IMG/VR virus record: IMGVR_UViG_3300037502_000670
Location: 1 to 58,760 of that record
Reading direction: 5' to 3' (one strand)
DNA: 58,760 nt
Origin: a virus
Lineage: Duplodnaviria; Caudoviricetes
The position numbers and the translations under genes are program-made. The notes under the pieces were generated by a model. That model saw nothing but the letters and a program-made list of their open reading frames with translations, made no database searches and was not told the DNA's origin. Shown one piece after another: positions 33,926 to 44,124 of the stretch (the first letter of the stretch is position 1; each line of letters opens with the position of its first letter).

Positions 33926-36118
33926 ATGACCGTATTGCTGACCAATAATGTCTCGACCACACTGGCAGCGTCCATCGCTGCCGGTGATGCTACGTTCAAT
34001 GTGGTTGACGGCAACCGGTTCCCCAGCCCGACGACTGGTCAGTACGCTTATGCCACGATCATCGCGCCCAACGGCGCGGTTGAGATTGTCAAGATCACGT
34101 CCCGCATCGGCAACGCGCTCGGTGTCGTGCGCGGTCAGGACGGCACATCGGCTCAAGTCTTCCCGGCAGGCTCCCGTGTGGAGCTTCGCGTCACGGCTGG
34201 GTCCATTCTTGATGCTGTCGCGGACGGCGTAGCCGAGTTTGATGCTGATATCGCCGCTCTCGACCTGCGGCTCGATACGGCAGAGGCTGAACTCATCTCG
34301 CTCGACGGTCGTCTCGACACGGCTGAGAGTGATATCACGGCCCTTGAGGGCCGCATGACCACGGCAGAGGGCGATATTACGTCCCTTGAAGGCCGCATGA
34401 CCACGGCAGAGGGCGACATCGTTGCCCTTGAAAATTTTGACACAGCACTGGCTACCTCGACGGGCTCAACTTCGGTAGGTTTTTTGCAGGCTGGCACGAG
34501 CGCCACGTTGCGTACGGTACAGTCCAAGCTCCGTGATTTTGTCAGTGTGAAGGATTTCGGTGCAGTTGGTGACAACAGTGCTGATGACACGACCAAAATT
34601 CAGGCTGCTCTTACGTACGCTCTATCCTCCGGAAAAAGCCTGTATATCCCTTCCGGTACGTATATTGTAAGTTCTTTATCTGGCGCTGGTGCCCTTAACA
34701 TTACCGCTGGTATCCAGATTTTTGGTGATGGGAACAGCTCCGTCCTAAAACTCAAAGCTGGTTCCACCGGGGTCGTGGTTTATGCCTATAATGCTAGTGC
34801 ATATTCCGGTTTGCATTTGCGTGATTTTGTTGTCGATGGGAACAGTGTTACGACAGCACAGCTTGATGCAGGCCTTATTCAGATTTTGAATGCGTCTGAC
34901 TTTGTTGTCGATAATGTAACAGTGAAGAATGGTACGCGCGCCAGCGGTTCGGCAGGTATTAATGGTATTGCGGTAGCAGATACGGCGAGTAATGCTACAA
35001 ATGGCATTATCCAGAACTGCCTTGTTGAGAACTGCTCTAAAGCACTTATTAACTGGACTACCAATGCACGTAATGGGCTTATTCAAAATTGTGTACTACG
35101 TAGTGCATCTGGCAATGGGCTTGCTCCCGGCTTGCAAATTAATGGCGGGCAAAATGTAAAGGTTATTGCCAACCATATTTATGGTAATCAGGGTAGCGGA
35201 GTTCTGATTGCGACAGATGGTGCCGGTGTAGCACCGCAGTTTCCTATTATTATTGGCAATCATATTTATGGAAACGGTATCGGCACATCAGAAGGTGCCG
35301 GTATTAAATTGGCTCGTGCCTTTGGTTCTGCATTTGGCCGTGTCATTATAGCTAATAATCATATCTATGAAAATGGCGTTAATGTAAACGATAGCGGTAT
35401 TGTGTTAGTCGATGACGCAAACGTGATTATTCAGGGTAATTACGTATATAAAAATAAACTAGCAGCTATCGCAATTGGCGGAACAACTAGTTCGTTTCGT
35501 GATGTGTTCATAAGCGGAAATGTGTTTGAAGATAACAATCAAGCAAACATATCGTCTGTTGGTGCCATTTATTCCGTGGGCACAATCTCCAATGTCGTAA
35601 TTAAAAATAATCGTTTCGTCGATACGCAAACGCCTTCCACGACCCATTATCCGATTTACACTGCATCTGGTACATTTACTAACTGGCGGGTATCTGGCAA
35701 CACATTCATTAATTACCGCAATCCGCAGATCGTATTTTTTGATACGACAACACCGGCTGTTTGGTCAGCGTCTGCATTTACGATTACCGGTACTTTACAG
35801 ACTACTACTGCATCAGCTATCTATGTTGCGATTGTGCCAGTCGCTGATAACACTGCGTGTGTTTTACGTATTAGTTCTTTGGCGGTCCAGAGCGGTGGAA
35901 GTAATCGCGCATACTATGACAAAGAAAACGCTATGTATCGCGCTGGCGGTGCACTTACTGCACTTGGCGCGGTTGTGACTTATTACGAGCAAGAAAGTGA
36001 CGCGACTTGGGGCGGCGCTGGTCCAACGCAGACATCTAATTTTGCGTTGGCAAGTATTGCTGGGAAAGCCGCAACAACCATCGACTGGTCTTACACGTAT
36101 CGTATGGAATGGAAATAA
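33926..36118 (+). CDS. Tailspike/depolymerase 1 (anchor, coiled coil, pectate-lyase-like beta-helix)
   Basis: VSVKDFGAVGD..DDT and IxxNxIYGN parallel beta-helix repeats. Confidence 0.85.
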   Translation: MTVLLTNNVSTTLAASIAAGDATFNVVDGNRFPSPTTGQYAYATIIAPNGAVEIVKITSRIGNALGVVRGQDGTSAQVFPAGSRVELRVTAGSILDAVADGVAEFDADIAALDLRLDTAEAELISLDGRLDTAESDITALEGRMTTAEGDITSLEGRMTTAEGDIVALENFDTALATSTGSTSVGFLQAGTSATLRTVQSKLRDFVSVKDFGAVGDNSADDTTKIQAALTYALSSGKSLYIPSGTYIVSSLSGAGALNITAGIQIFGDGNSSVLKLKAGSTGVVVYAYNASAYSGLHLRDFVVDGNSVTTAQLDAGLIQILNASDFVVDNVTVKNGTRASGSAGINGIAVADTASNATNGIIQNCLVENCSKALINWTTNARNGLIQNCVLRSASGNGLAPGLQINGGQNVKVIANHIYGNQGSGVLIATDGAGVAPQFPIIIGNHIYGNGIGTSEGAGIKLARAFGSAFGRVIIANNHIYENGVNVNDSGIVLVDDANVIIQGNYVYKNKLAAIAIGGTTSSFRDVFISGNVFEDNNQANISSVGAIYSVGTISNVVIKNNRFVDTQTPSTTHYPIYTASGTFTNWRVSGNTFINYRNPQIVFFDTTTPAVWSASAFTITGTLQTTTASAIYVAIVPVADNTACVLRISSLAVQSGGSNRAYYDKENAMYRAGGALTALGAVVTYYEQESDATWGGAGPTQTSNFALASIAGKAATTIDWSYTYRMEWK

Positions 36119-36121
36119 CCA

Positions 36122-37939
36122 GTGACCGTACTTCTCGCCAATAACGTCTCGTCCGCTCTGGCAGCTCCGATCACGGCGTCTGCGACGAGCATGACCGTTA
36201 CCAACGGCAGCCGGTTCCCCGTGCTGACGCCCGGCCAGTACTTCTACGCGACCATCATCGCTACCAACGGCATTGTCGAAATCGTTAAGGTCAACACCCG
36301 CAACGGCAATGCGATGTCCATCACCCGTGCGCAGGATGGTACGAACGCTCAAGCGTTCGCGTCAGGGGCCCGCGTCGAGATGCGGATCAACGCGGCAAGC
36401 GTGAGAGACACGGCTACCGATACTGTAGCCCCCATAGATGCTCGTCTGACAACCGCCGAGGGTGACATTACGGCCCTTGAGGGCCGTATGACGACTGCCG
36501 AGGGTGATATTACGGCTCTTGAAAACTTTGATACGGCGCTGGCCACCTCGACGGGTTCGGCTTCGGTAGGCTTCTTGCAGGCAGGTTCTGGTGCTTCGTT
36601 GCGCACGGTGCAGTCGAAACTGCGCGATGTGGTCAGTGTCAAAGATTTTGGCGCGGCAGGTAACGGCATATCTGACGACACCGCCGCTTTTGCCGCCGCT
36701 TTGGCGACAGGTAAAGGCGTTTACATTCCGCCCGGTACCTACCTTATTACATCGTCTTTGACCGTCTCAACGTCTGGGCAAAGTATTTTTGGCTGCGGGT
36801 TTGGACAATCAATTGTTCAGCGCGGTAACGATAATTCTTTCATTATGTTTAATGTGACCGCGCCTTGGGGCGTCGAGTTCCTAAACTTTAAAATTCAAGA
36901 GGCAGGTTTAAGCAGCACAAATACAGGTAGCTACATACAGTGTTCTGTAGGCGGCGGTACCGACGTTCTAATTCAAGGAATGTGGTTTTGGTACGGTTGG
37001 CAGCATGTGCGCTGTATGCAAGGTACCAGCAACATCACGTTTAGCAATTCGGTATTTGAAGCCGCGCGTAAAGGCGCCATCTATTCAATTTCTTCCGTAC
37101 GTAACAAAATTATCGGTTGCACGTTTTGGAAGAATAGTGCTGACAGCAGTAATCCGTCTGACCGCGGATACGCTATTAACTTTACCAAAGACGGCGCGTA
37201 TAGTTTTGGGTCTGATAACTGGAACATTGTCGGCAATTATTTTGCAGAAAATGTTTACGGCCCATTTTTGCTTGCCGATACATCTGAAGGTTTGCAGATC
37301 ACAGGAAATTTTTTTGAAATTGCGTCGCAAGTCGATAACGGACAAAAGTCTGATATTGAGTTGTCTAACTGCACGTTAATTTCCATCACGGGCAACACTT
37401 CAAACAGCATTGTCAATAGCTATTTGCCGGGCGGCCGGGGTAGCAAGTATGTCGTGGATCTTTCTGGCGGCGGCAACACCGAAATTGTAATTGGGTCTAA
37501 CGAGTTTGAAGCTGGCGTTTCCGGTACGGTGAATGACCCGTCCCGTGTTGCCGACCCAATTGGAAGCTATTCCATATCTTGGTCTATGCCTGTTCAGGTA
37601 AACAGTTCTGGCACAGGCGTAGTTATGAGTTCGCAGTTGGGCCAGGTAACACGCGTTGGTAAGACAATTCACTTGTCGGCTCAGACTGTTCTTACGAACA
37701 AAGGTGCCAGCGTCGGCGCAGTTCGGCTGGGGCCTTTGCCATACACGCCTTCGGCAACAGGTCTATCGTTTGGTAGCGGGTATCTGACAAATACATCGGG
37801 CATCACCACTCCGATATATTTCTTCTTCAATTCTGATGGTTACGTTTATCCGCTGCACGCAGTGGCAACAAACGTTTTAAACACAAACATCGCAAACAAC
37901 ACTGCCGTTTATTTTTCCGGCACATACCAAATCGCGTGA
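36122..37939 (+). CDS. Tailspike/depolymerase 2
   Basis: Same anchor and linker as tailspike 1; VSVKDFGAAGNG..DDT; different beta-helix. Confidence 0.85.
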   Translation: MTVLLANNVSSALAAPITASATSMTVTNGSRFPVLTPGQYFYATIIATNGIVEIVKVNTRNGNAMSITRAQDGTNAQAFASGARVEMRINAASVRDTATDTVAPIDARLTTAEGDITALEGRMTTAEGDITALENFDTALATSTGSASVGFLQAGSGASLRTVQSKLRDVVSVKDFGAAGNGISDDTAAFAAALATGKGVYIPPGTYLITSSLTVSTSGQSIFGCGFGQSIVQRGNDNSFIMFNVTAPWGVEFLNFKIQEAGLSSTNTGSYIQCSVGGGTDVLIQGMWFWYGWQHVRCMQGTSNITFSNSVFEAARKGAIYSISSVRNKIIGCTFWKNSADSSNPSDRGYAINFTKDGAYSFGSDNWNIVGNYFAENVYGPFLLADTSEGLQITGNFFEIASQVDNGQKSDIELSNCTLISITGNTSNSIVNSYLPGGRGSKYVVDLSGGGNTEIVIGSNEFEAGVSGTVNDPSRVADPIGSYSISWSMPVQVNSSGTGVVMSSQLGQVTRVGKTIHLSAQTVLTNKGASVGAVRLGPLPYTPSATGLSFGSGYLTNTSGITTPIYFFFNSDGYVYPLHAVATNVLNTNIANNTAVYFSGTYQIA

Positions 37940-37949
37940 GGATTGAACC

Positions 37950-38915
37950 ATGGCAGACAAAAAAATATCCGCTTTATCTTCCGCTACGACGCCGCTTGCG
38001 GGGTCGGAAGTTTTGCCGATTGTTCAGTCTGGGACTACCGTAAAGGTATCTGTTGACAACCTTACGGCTGGTAAAGACACCAGCATGAAAAACTTGACCT
38101 ACACCGGAACGCTGACCGGATCGACCGGCATTGCAAACATCGGTTCAGGGCAAGTCTATAAAGACGCCAACGGCAATGTCATGCTGGGCAATACGGCCCA
38201 GATTGCGTCTAGCAAATTTTTGGTGCTTAACAACGAGACGACAGCCAATCACGTTATTCTGGCGTCTACGCGTGCGTATACAGACTTGCCATTTGCACGC
38301 GTTCAGTTCGCACACAAGTACGATACCGGCGGCACTTACGTGCAGTTCGCCACCGTTCAGGGCGGCAAAGAAAACGCTAACAACGCCGACACCGCTGGAT
38401 ATTTGTCTTTCAGCACGTTCCAGAACGGCGGTTCTTTAGCTGAACGGATGCGGATTAGTTCGACCGGAAACATAACCGCCAGTACCGGCAACCTTGTTAT
38501 GGGCACCGCCGACAAGGGTATCGACTTCTCGGCTAACAGCAGCGCCGCAGGCATGACCAGCGAGTTGCTGAACGACTACGAGGAAGGCACGTGGACCCCG
38601 GTAGCTACTGCGCGTAGCGGGTCTATTACGTCTTATACTTCTTCCGGCACCTACACCAAAATTGGCGACCGCGTTTTTTACTCCCTTCAGATAACGCTTA
38701 CCGATAACGGAACAGGCACAGTTCTAATAGATGTGTCTCTGCCGTTTGTCGTCGGCGCGGTTAGCGGAGGCGCGGGCCAAAATGTAAATACCGCTTTTGG
38801 GCTGTCTGGAAGTTCTGGTGTTGGCTTGGCTAATTTGGCGTTAAGCCGTTCAGATGGCGCGTACCCCGGCGTAACCGGCAACACATTGCGTGTATTTGGT
38901 AACTTTAGAGTTTAA
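37950..38915 (+). CDS. Tail fibre-like protein
   Basis: MADKKISAL N-terminus, ERMRISSTGN and LNDYEEGTWTP..YTKIG motifs. Confidence 0.75.
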   Translation: MADKKISALSSATTPLAGSEVLPIVQSGTTVKVSVDNLTAGKDTSMKNLTYTGTLTGSTGIANIGSGQVYKDANGNVMLGNTAQIASSKFLVLNNETTANHVILASTRAYTDLPFARVQFAHKYDTGGTYVQFATVQGGKENANNADTAGYLSFSTFQNGGSLAERMRISSTGNITASTGNLVMGTADKGIDFSANSSAAGMTSELLNDYEEGTWTPVATARSGSITSYTSSGTYTKIGDRVFYSLQITLTDNGTGTVLIDVSLPFVVGAVSGGAGQNVNTAFGLSGSSGVGLANLALSRSDGAYPGVTGNTLRVFGNFRV

Positions 38916-38926
38916 GGACAGCAACA

Positions 38927-40372
38927 ATGGCTTTGACCAAAGTTACATACTCCCTGATTGACGGCGCCCCAATCAATGTGCGCGATTTGGGCGCGGTAGG
39001 GGACGGCGTAGCTGATGATACGGCGGCCATTCAAGCAGCCCTGACTTTGGCTCAAACTACGGCTACGCCTATCTACGTTCCAACAGGAACCTACCGCATT
39101 ACGTCCGGCCTTGTGTACAGCGATACAGCCTATGGAAAAGGGTTGCAGTTGTACGGTGACGGTATGTATGAGTCCATCATAAAGGTAGATGCCAATAACC
39201 AAGTTATATTCACCATTAACCGTACAGGCGGCGGTGGCGGTGAAAACTACACCTCGCACGGAAACATATCAAATATTGGATTAGCGCAGTTTGCCGGACG
39301 TACTGGCGTTACGGGTATGCGTATCTCAAACTGTTGGTACTATACGTTTGAAAATATCAACGCCTCCAACTTGTCTAATGAAGGTTTTGAAACATACGCG
39401 ACTGTACCCGGCGGCGATACGGATATTGTTGCACTTTGCCTTTTCAAAGGGTTGCGGGGCAAATCAAACGGTAATAACGGCTTTAAGGTAAACGCTGCGT
39501 CTGCTTCTGTTGGCCTGTCTCAGTCTAGATTTGAGTTCTGCGACTTTTCCGGGAACGCCGCTAACGGAATGCTGTTGCAAAACTTTGACGGCGTTGAACT
39601 GTTCAAGTGCCTTATGACGGTAAACGGTACGGGCGTAACCGGCGATGGCATTTCAGTGCAGTATAACGGCATCACTAACCGTAACCTAGTGCTGCGCGGC
39701 TGTGAAATTGGTAACGGCAATAAGCGTGCGGGGCTTCGTTTAGATACTATTGTCGGCGTCTTGAGCGAACAGAACCGCTGGATACAGAATGACGGCGAAG
39801 CGGGTTTGTACGCTATTGAATTTGCGTCAACCAGCCTGTTTGTTCGCAATTTCACAGATAAAAATTCGTATATCCTTGTAGGCCTCGCAATTACCGGCGT
39901 GACAGCCTATTATGGCGGTAGCGTTCCCCTTCAAAATGTCCGTATTGAAAATCCGTACTGGGCCGCTTTTACCACACCAGCTAACACTAAATATTCGTTT
40001 GCCAGCCCGCAAAATTTGGTAATTGTTGAGAATGAGGTTAGCAAGGGCGCGGCGCTTGGGTACATTCGCGTAGAAGACCAAGCAACATACGCGCCTGATG
40101 CGTTTGACTATAAACACCACGTCATCATTCTCCGGACTATCTCGTCTATGACGGTCAGCGCGCCGTTAAATCCGTCTGCCGGTCGCGAAATTGACGTTGT
40201 TATTTGGAACGTGTCCGGCGGCGCTATAACCGTAACTTTTAACGCGGTTTTTAAGGTTGGCGGGTATAGCAACCCGGCATCCGGCTTTAGATCGACCGCA
40301 CGTTTCGTTTACGATGAACTAAGTTCTGTATGGGTACAGGTTGGCGCTTGGGCGACCAACGTCCCAACTTAA
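38927..40372 (+). CDS. Tailspike/depolymerase 3
   Basis: INVRDLGAVGDGVADDTAAIQAAL..PTGTY; beta-helix. Confidence 0.85.
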   Translation: MALTKVTYSLIDGAPINVRDLGAVGDGVADDTAAIQAALTLAQTTATPIYVPTGTYRITSGLVYSDTAYGKGLQLYGDGMYESIIKVDANNQVIFTINRTGGGGGENYTSHGNISNIGLAQFAGRTGVTGMRISNCWYYTFENINASNLSNEGFETYATVPGGDTDIVALCLFKGLRGKSNGNNGFKVNAASASVGLSQSRFEFCDFSGNAANGMLLQNFDGVELFKCLMTVNGTGVTGDGISVQYNGITNRNLVLRGCEIGNGNKRAGLRLDTIVGVLSEQNRWIQNDGEAGLYAIEFASTSLFVRNFTDKNSYILVGLAITGVTAYYGGSVPLQNVRIENPYWAAFTTPANTKYSFASPQNLVIVENEVSKGAALGYIRVEDQATYAPDAFDYKHHVIILRTISSMTVSAPLNPSAGREIDVVIWNVSGGAITVTFNAVFKVGGYSNPASGFRSTARFVYDELSSVWVQVGAWATNVPT

Positions 40373-40396
40373 TTTTTGCCTACTCAGGAGATCAAA

Positions 40397-40642
40397 ATGG
40401 CACTCGAAAAAGTAACGGTCGTGGACTTGATCGAAGTCACGGAAAACGGCTGCGTGCAGGTCCGTACCAAGACGGCGATCATGGAAGACGGCCAGCAGAT
40501 CAGCGGCACGTATCATCGCCACGTCATTGCGCCGGGCGACGACTACGCCAGCGAAGACCCGCGTGTGCAGGCTATCTGTGCTGCTACGCATACACCTGAA
40601 GTGATTGCTGCCTATCAGGCGTCTCTCCAGCCGCCTGCCTGA
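40397..40642 (+). CDS. Tail-fibre associated small protein
   Basis: MALEKVTVVDLIEV..HRHVIAPG..VQAIC..HTPEVIAAY family, found beside fibre genes; AGGAG RBS. Confidence 0.65.
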   Translation: MALEKVTVVDLIEVTENGCVQVRTKTAIMEDGQQISGTYHRHVIAPGDDYASEDPRVQAICAATHTPEVIAAYQASLQPPA

Positions 40643-40675
40643 CGTAACTGTTGTGCCTTTGTGAGGGTTGAAATC

Positions 40676-40945
40676 GTGGCTGAAGAAGCATGGCATCTCG
40701 ACAAGAAGGTCCCGGTTGGCATCATTGCTGCACTGGGACTGCAGACACTTGGGTTTATCTACGTCGGTACCGCATGGAAGACCGAAGTGGATTTCAGGAT
40801 CAACAGCCTTGAGCGTCTGAACGAGGAGCGCAAGTCTCAGGAAGGCCGGATCATCACGATGGAACAACAGCTTAGGTATATCACCGACTCCTTGAAGCGG
40901 ATCGAAGCCAAGCTGGAAGGCACAGCAAGCAATGGCCAGAACTAA
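40676..40945 (+). CDS. Single-TM plus coiled-coil protein of the lysis region
   Basis: WHLDKKVP, TM segment, then coiled coil; overlaps the endolysin start. Confidence 0.55.
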   Translation: MAEEAWHLDKKVPVGIIAALGLQTLGFIYVGTAWKTEVDFRINSLERLNEERKSQEGRIITMEQQLRYITDSLKRIEAKLEGTASNGQN

Positions 40946-41366
40946 GACCAACTGGATTGTGTTGCATTGTAGCGCCACTCGTGGCTCGCAGAACTTCACG
41001 GCTGCCGATATCCGGCGCTGGCATCTCGACAAGGGATGGAAGGATATCGGCTATCACTTCGTGATCCGCCGTGACGGCACAGTCGAGACTGGCCGGGATG
41101 TCAACGCCATCGGCTCCCACGTTCAGGGGCATAATGCCGACAGCATCGGCGTCTGCTTGGTCGGCGGCATTGACGACAAGACGTGGAAGCCTGCCGATAA
41201 CTTTACCACTGCCCAGTGGCGCTCCTTGAGAACGCTTGTCGAACGCTTGGTAAAGACGTATCCTAAGGCCAAAGTGCTTGGGCACAGAGATTTTCCGGGG
41301 GTCAACAAGGCGTGTCCTTGTTTCTCGGCAAAAGTCTGGGCGAAGAAAAACAAGTTCCCAGTGTAA
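40932..41366 (+). CDS. Endolysin, N-acetylmuramoyl-L-alanine amidase (T7 lysozyme-like)
   Basis: LHCSAT, GWKDIGYHF, GHRD and KACP motifs. Confidence 0.92.
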   Translation: MARTKTNWIVLHCSATRGSQNFTAADIRRWHLDKGWKDIGYHFVIRRDGTVETGRDVNAIGSHVQGHNADSIGVCLVGGIDDKTWKPADNFTTAQWRSLRTLVERLVKTYPKAKVLGHRDFPGVNKACPCFSAKVWAKKNKFPV

Positions 41367-41381
41367 CGAAAGGACAACCTT

Positions 41382-41555
41382 ATGTTTACCAGTATTGACA
41401 AGGCACTGACCGCCGCCGTCATGGGCATTCTGTTCATCATCCAGACCTACACGGGCGTCAGCCTCGGCTGGCTTACGCCTGACACCGTGGCGACGATCAT
41501 CGGTTTGCTGACCCCCGTTCTGGTCTGGGCCATTCCGAACAAGAAGCCTGCCTGA
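41382..41555 (+). CDS. Putative holin (57 aa, 2 TM)
   Basis: KALTAAVMGILFII...IIGLLTPVLVWAIPNKK; AAGGA RBS; follows the endolysin. Confidence 0.65.
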   Translation: MFTSIDKALTAAVMGILFIIQTYTGVSLGWLTPDTVATIIGLLTPVLVWAIPNKKPA

Positions 41556-41800
41556 TGACGTGGCAGGAAACTGTTGCAACCGTAGTGATACTCCTCGGCC
41601 TCGGTGCCGGGGCGTATCTGGTTGCGCAGCGGCCTGCCTTCTGGATGGAATTTGGATCACGTCTGTTTGCAAATTTATGGCCAGCAGTATGGAAATATGT
41701 TTCCAGACGTATGTCACCAGAAAATGAACAACGGATGCGTGACTGTTACAGGCGCGGCGGCGAGTGGGATAACTTTCGCAAGAAATGCAGGTATAAATAA
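41555..41800 (+). CDS. Membrane-anchored protein of the lysis cassette
   Basis: N-terminal TM; C-terminal C...GGEW...C. Confidence 0.55.
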   Translation: MTWQETVATVVILLGLGAGAYLVAQRPAFWMEFGSRLFANLWPAVWKYVSRRMSPENEQRMRDCYRRGGEWDNFRKKCRYK

Positions 41801-43858
41801 ATGGCCGGACTTACACTTCTCCGCGTTGTGAGCGGCGACGAACTTGCAAGGCAGGAACGTGCCCAGCTTCAGGCCGAGATGGAAGCGCGCCAGCAGAACC
41901 CGGTTATTTTGGGTCTGGCTGCGCATCTGCGCACCTGCTGGGACGCCGCCCGCATGGCGAAAGACCCCATCAACGACATCATGCTCAAGGCCCTGCGCCA
42001 GCGAAACGGCGAGTATGAGCCTGAGAAGCTGAACGCCATCCGCGCGCAGGGTGGCTCAGAAGTTTACATGATGCTCACCGAGATCAAGTGCCGCGCGGCT
42101 GAAAGCTGGCTGCGTGATATCCTGATGGATAACGGCACGCCCCCGTGGGACATGCAGCCTACTCCCGAGCCAGACCTGTCGCCTGTCCAGATGGATGAGT
42201 TGAAGCAGGCATTTGCCGAACAGGTGATGATCACCATCCAGCAGACCGGACAGGCTCCGACACGTACCCAGATGCTGGAACTGAAAGAAGTCGTCGCCCA
42301 GCAGTTCCGGTTCAAGGTGTTGCAGGCGGCGCAGAACCGCGCTGACAAGATGAAAATTCGCATCGAGGACCAGCTTGCGCAGGGCGGTTGGGCGGACGCG
42401 TTCAACGAGTTTCTGACCGATCTGGTGACATTCCCCTGCGCTTTCCTCAAGGGCCCGATTGTCCGCCGCCAGCGGTTTTTGAAGTGGACAACCACTCCCA
42501 ATGGCCGCACCTCCGTGGAGCAGGGCGAGCGTATCGCGCCCGAGTTCGAGCGTGTCAGCCCGTTCAATATCTACCCCGAGCCGGGCATTACCCGGATCAA
42601 CGATGGCTATTTGTTCGAGCACCACGAGCTTCCCCGGCAGGCGCTGGCCGATCTGATCGGCGTTCCGGGCTATGATGACCAAGCTATCCGTCAGGCACTG
42701 GAGAATGGTCCCGAAGCATCGTTCGTGTTCGAGCCGACCGAGTACGCGCGTGAGGAGGAAGAACGCAAGTTCTACACTGAAATGCGCCCGACCGATGTGT
42801 TCGATGCGCTTGAGTTCTGGGGTAAGGTGTCCGGCAAGATGCTCCGCGAGTGGGGTATGACGGAAGCCGAAGTGCCTGACGATGCCAAGGAGTATGACGC
42901 GAACGTCTGGATGGTCGGCACGCTGGTGATCAAGGCCGTGCTGAACTATGACCCGCTGGGCGAGAAGCCCTACGCCAAGACTTCATTCATCAAGACGCCC
43001 GGTTCGTTCTGGGGTCGCGCCATTCCGGAGATCATCGAAGACCTGCAGAATATCTGCAACGCGGCTGCCCGCGCACTGGTTAACAACATGGGCATCGCGT
43101 CTGGTCCGCAGGTCGAGGTGAACCTCGAACGCATCCCGCCGAACGAAGACATCACCCAGATGCACCCGTGGAAAATCTGGCAGGTTCTCAATGACCCGCT
43201 GGGTAGTTCCGCACCCGCTGTCCGGTTCAACCAGCCGAACGACAACTCGGCAACCCTGATGGCCGTCTATGAGCGGTTCAGCCGTCTGGCTGATGATCAC
43301 TCGGGTATTCCCTCGTACATCTATGGAGACACTGATGTTCAGGGCGCTGGCCGTACCGCGTCCGGTCTGTCCATGTTGATGGGCTCCGCTGGCAAGGGTA
43401 TCCGTCAGGTCGTCATGCACATCGACCATGATGTCGTGAAGCCGATTATCCAGCGTCAGTTTGTTTACAACATGCGCTACGACGAGGATGAGAGCATCAA
43501 GGGTGACGCGCAGGTGGTGCCGCGCGGTGCTGTCAATCTTGCCGTTAAGGAAACTACAAACGTCCGCCGCGTCGAGTTCCTGAACGCTACTGCCAATGAG
43601 ATTGACATGGGGATCATGGGTCCGGATGGCCGCGCTGCCATCCTCCGCGAGATTGCCAAGGGGCTGCAGATGCCGGTCGATGAAATCGTGCCTTCGCGCG
43701 AAAACTTGGCAACCAAGAAGCGGGCCATGGAGCAGCAGGCTGCGATTACCATGCAGGCCCAGCCTCCGGGTCAGCCCCCGGCGGCGCAGAATATGGACGT
43801 GGGCGGCACGCCAGCGGGCGGGCTTAATGTGGTCGCTAACCAGCAGACAGGTCGCTAA
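41801..43858 (+). CDS. Portal protein
   Basis: 685 aa; VSPFNIYP, SFWG, RTASGLSML and Gln-rich tail; precedes scaffold and capsid. Confidence 0.88.
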   Translation: MAGLTLLRVVSGDELARQERAQLQAEMEARQQNPVILGLAAHLRTCWDAARMAKDPINDIMLKALRQRNGEYEPEKLNAIRAQGGSEVYMMLTEIKCRAAESWLRDILMDNGTPPWDMQPTPEPDLSPVQMDELKQAFAEQVMITIQQTGQAPTRTQMLELKEVVAQQFRFKVLQAAQNRADKMKIRIEDQLAQGGWADAFNEFLTDLVTFPCAFLKGPIVRRQRFLKWTTTPNGRTSVEQGERIAPEFERVSPFNIYPEPGITRINDGYLFEHHELPRQALADLIGVPGYDDQAIRQALENGPEASFVFEPTEYAREEEERKFYTEMRPTDVFDALEFWGKVSGKMLREWGMTEAEVPDDAKEYDANVWMVGTLVIKAVLNYDPLGEKPYAKTSFIKTPGSFWGRAIPEIIEDLQNICNAAARALVNNMGIASGPQVEVNLERIPPNEDITQMHPWKIWQVLNDPLGSSAPAVRFNQPNDNSATLMAVYERFSRLADDHSGIPSYIYGDTDVQGAGRTASGLSMLMGSAGKGIRQVVMHIDHDVVKPIIQRQFVYNMRYDEDESIKGDAQVVPRGAVNLAVKETTNVRRVEFLNATANEIDMGIMGPDGRAAILREIAKGLQMPVDEIVPSRENLATKKRAMEQQAAITMQAQPPGQPPAAQNMDVGGTPAGGLNVVANQQTGR

Positions 43859-44085
43859 TGATCCGTCCGGACCCAGATATCGTCGCACGCTTCGCTCATA
43901 TTGCAACGCACAATCGAGAGGTTGTGCAGTGGCTGAATGACTGGAGACAACATGAACTGGAGCAGTTACCGAACATAGCACCAAATGTTGTAGCTGTCGC
44001 ACAAGGCAGATGCCAAGTATTGACAGAGTTGTGTAAACTTGTTAATAATTCCCGTGATTTCGTCGCACAATCGAATAAACGATAG
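43858..44085 (+). CDS. Small conserved protein between portal and scaffold
   Basis: AQGRCQVL motif and typical position. Confidence 0.65.
   Translation: MIRPDPDIVARFAHIATHNREVVQWLNDWRQHELEQLPNIAPNVVAVAQGRCQVLTELCKLVNNSRDFVAQSNKR
44020..44049 (+). promoter_or_regulatory. Putative promoter for scaffold/capsid with a TGTAAA box in the spacer
   Basis: TTGACA-gagttgTGTAAActtgt-TAATAAT. Confidence 0.5.
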
Positions 44086-44124
44086 CGACCAACACTAGCA
44101 CGCATACCGAGAGGAGCGTTTGTA

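Noticed and set aside
33926-40372. Diversity-generating retroelement acting on the tail genes
   Set aside because: No reverse transcriptase and no adenine-specific TR/VR pair seen; the shared DNA is N-terminal linker only.
41552-41590. CTGATGA...GAAA hammerhead-like core at the holin junction
   Set aside because: There is no stem II or valid NUH triplet; it is explained by the TGATG stop/start overlap.
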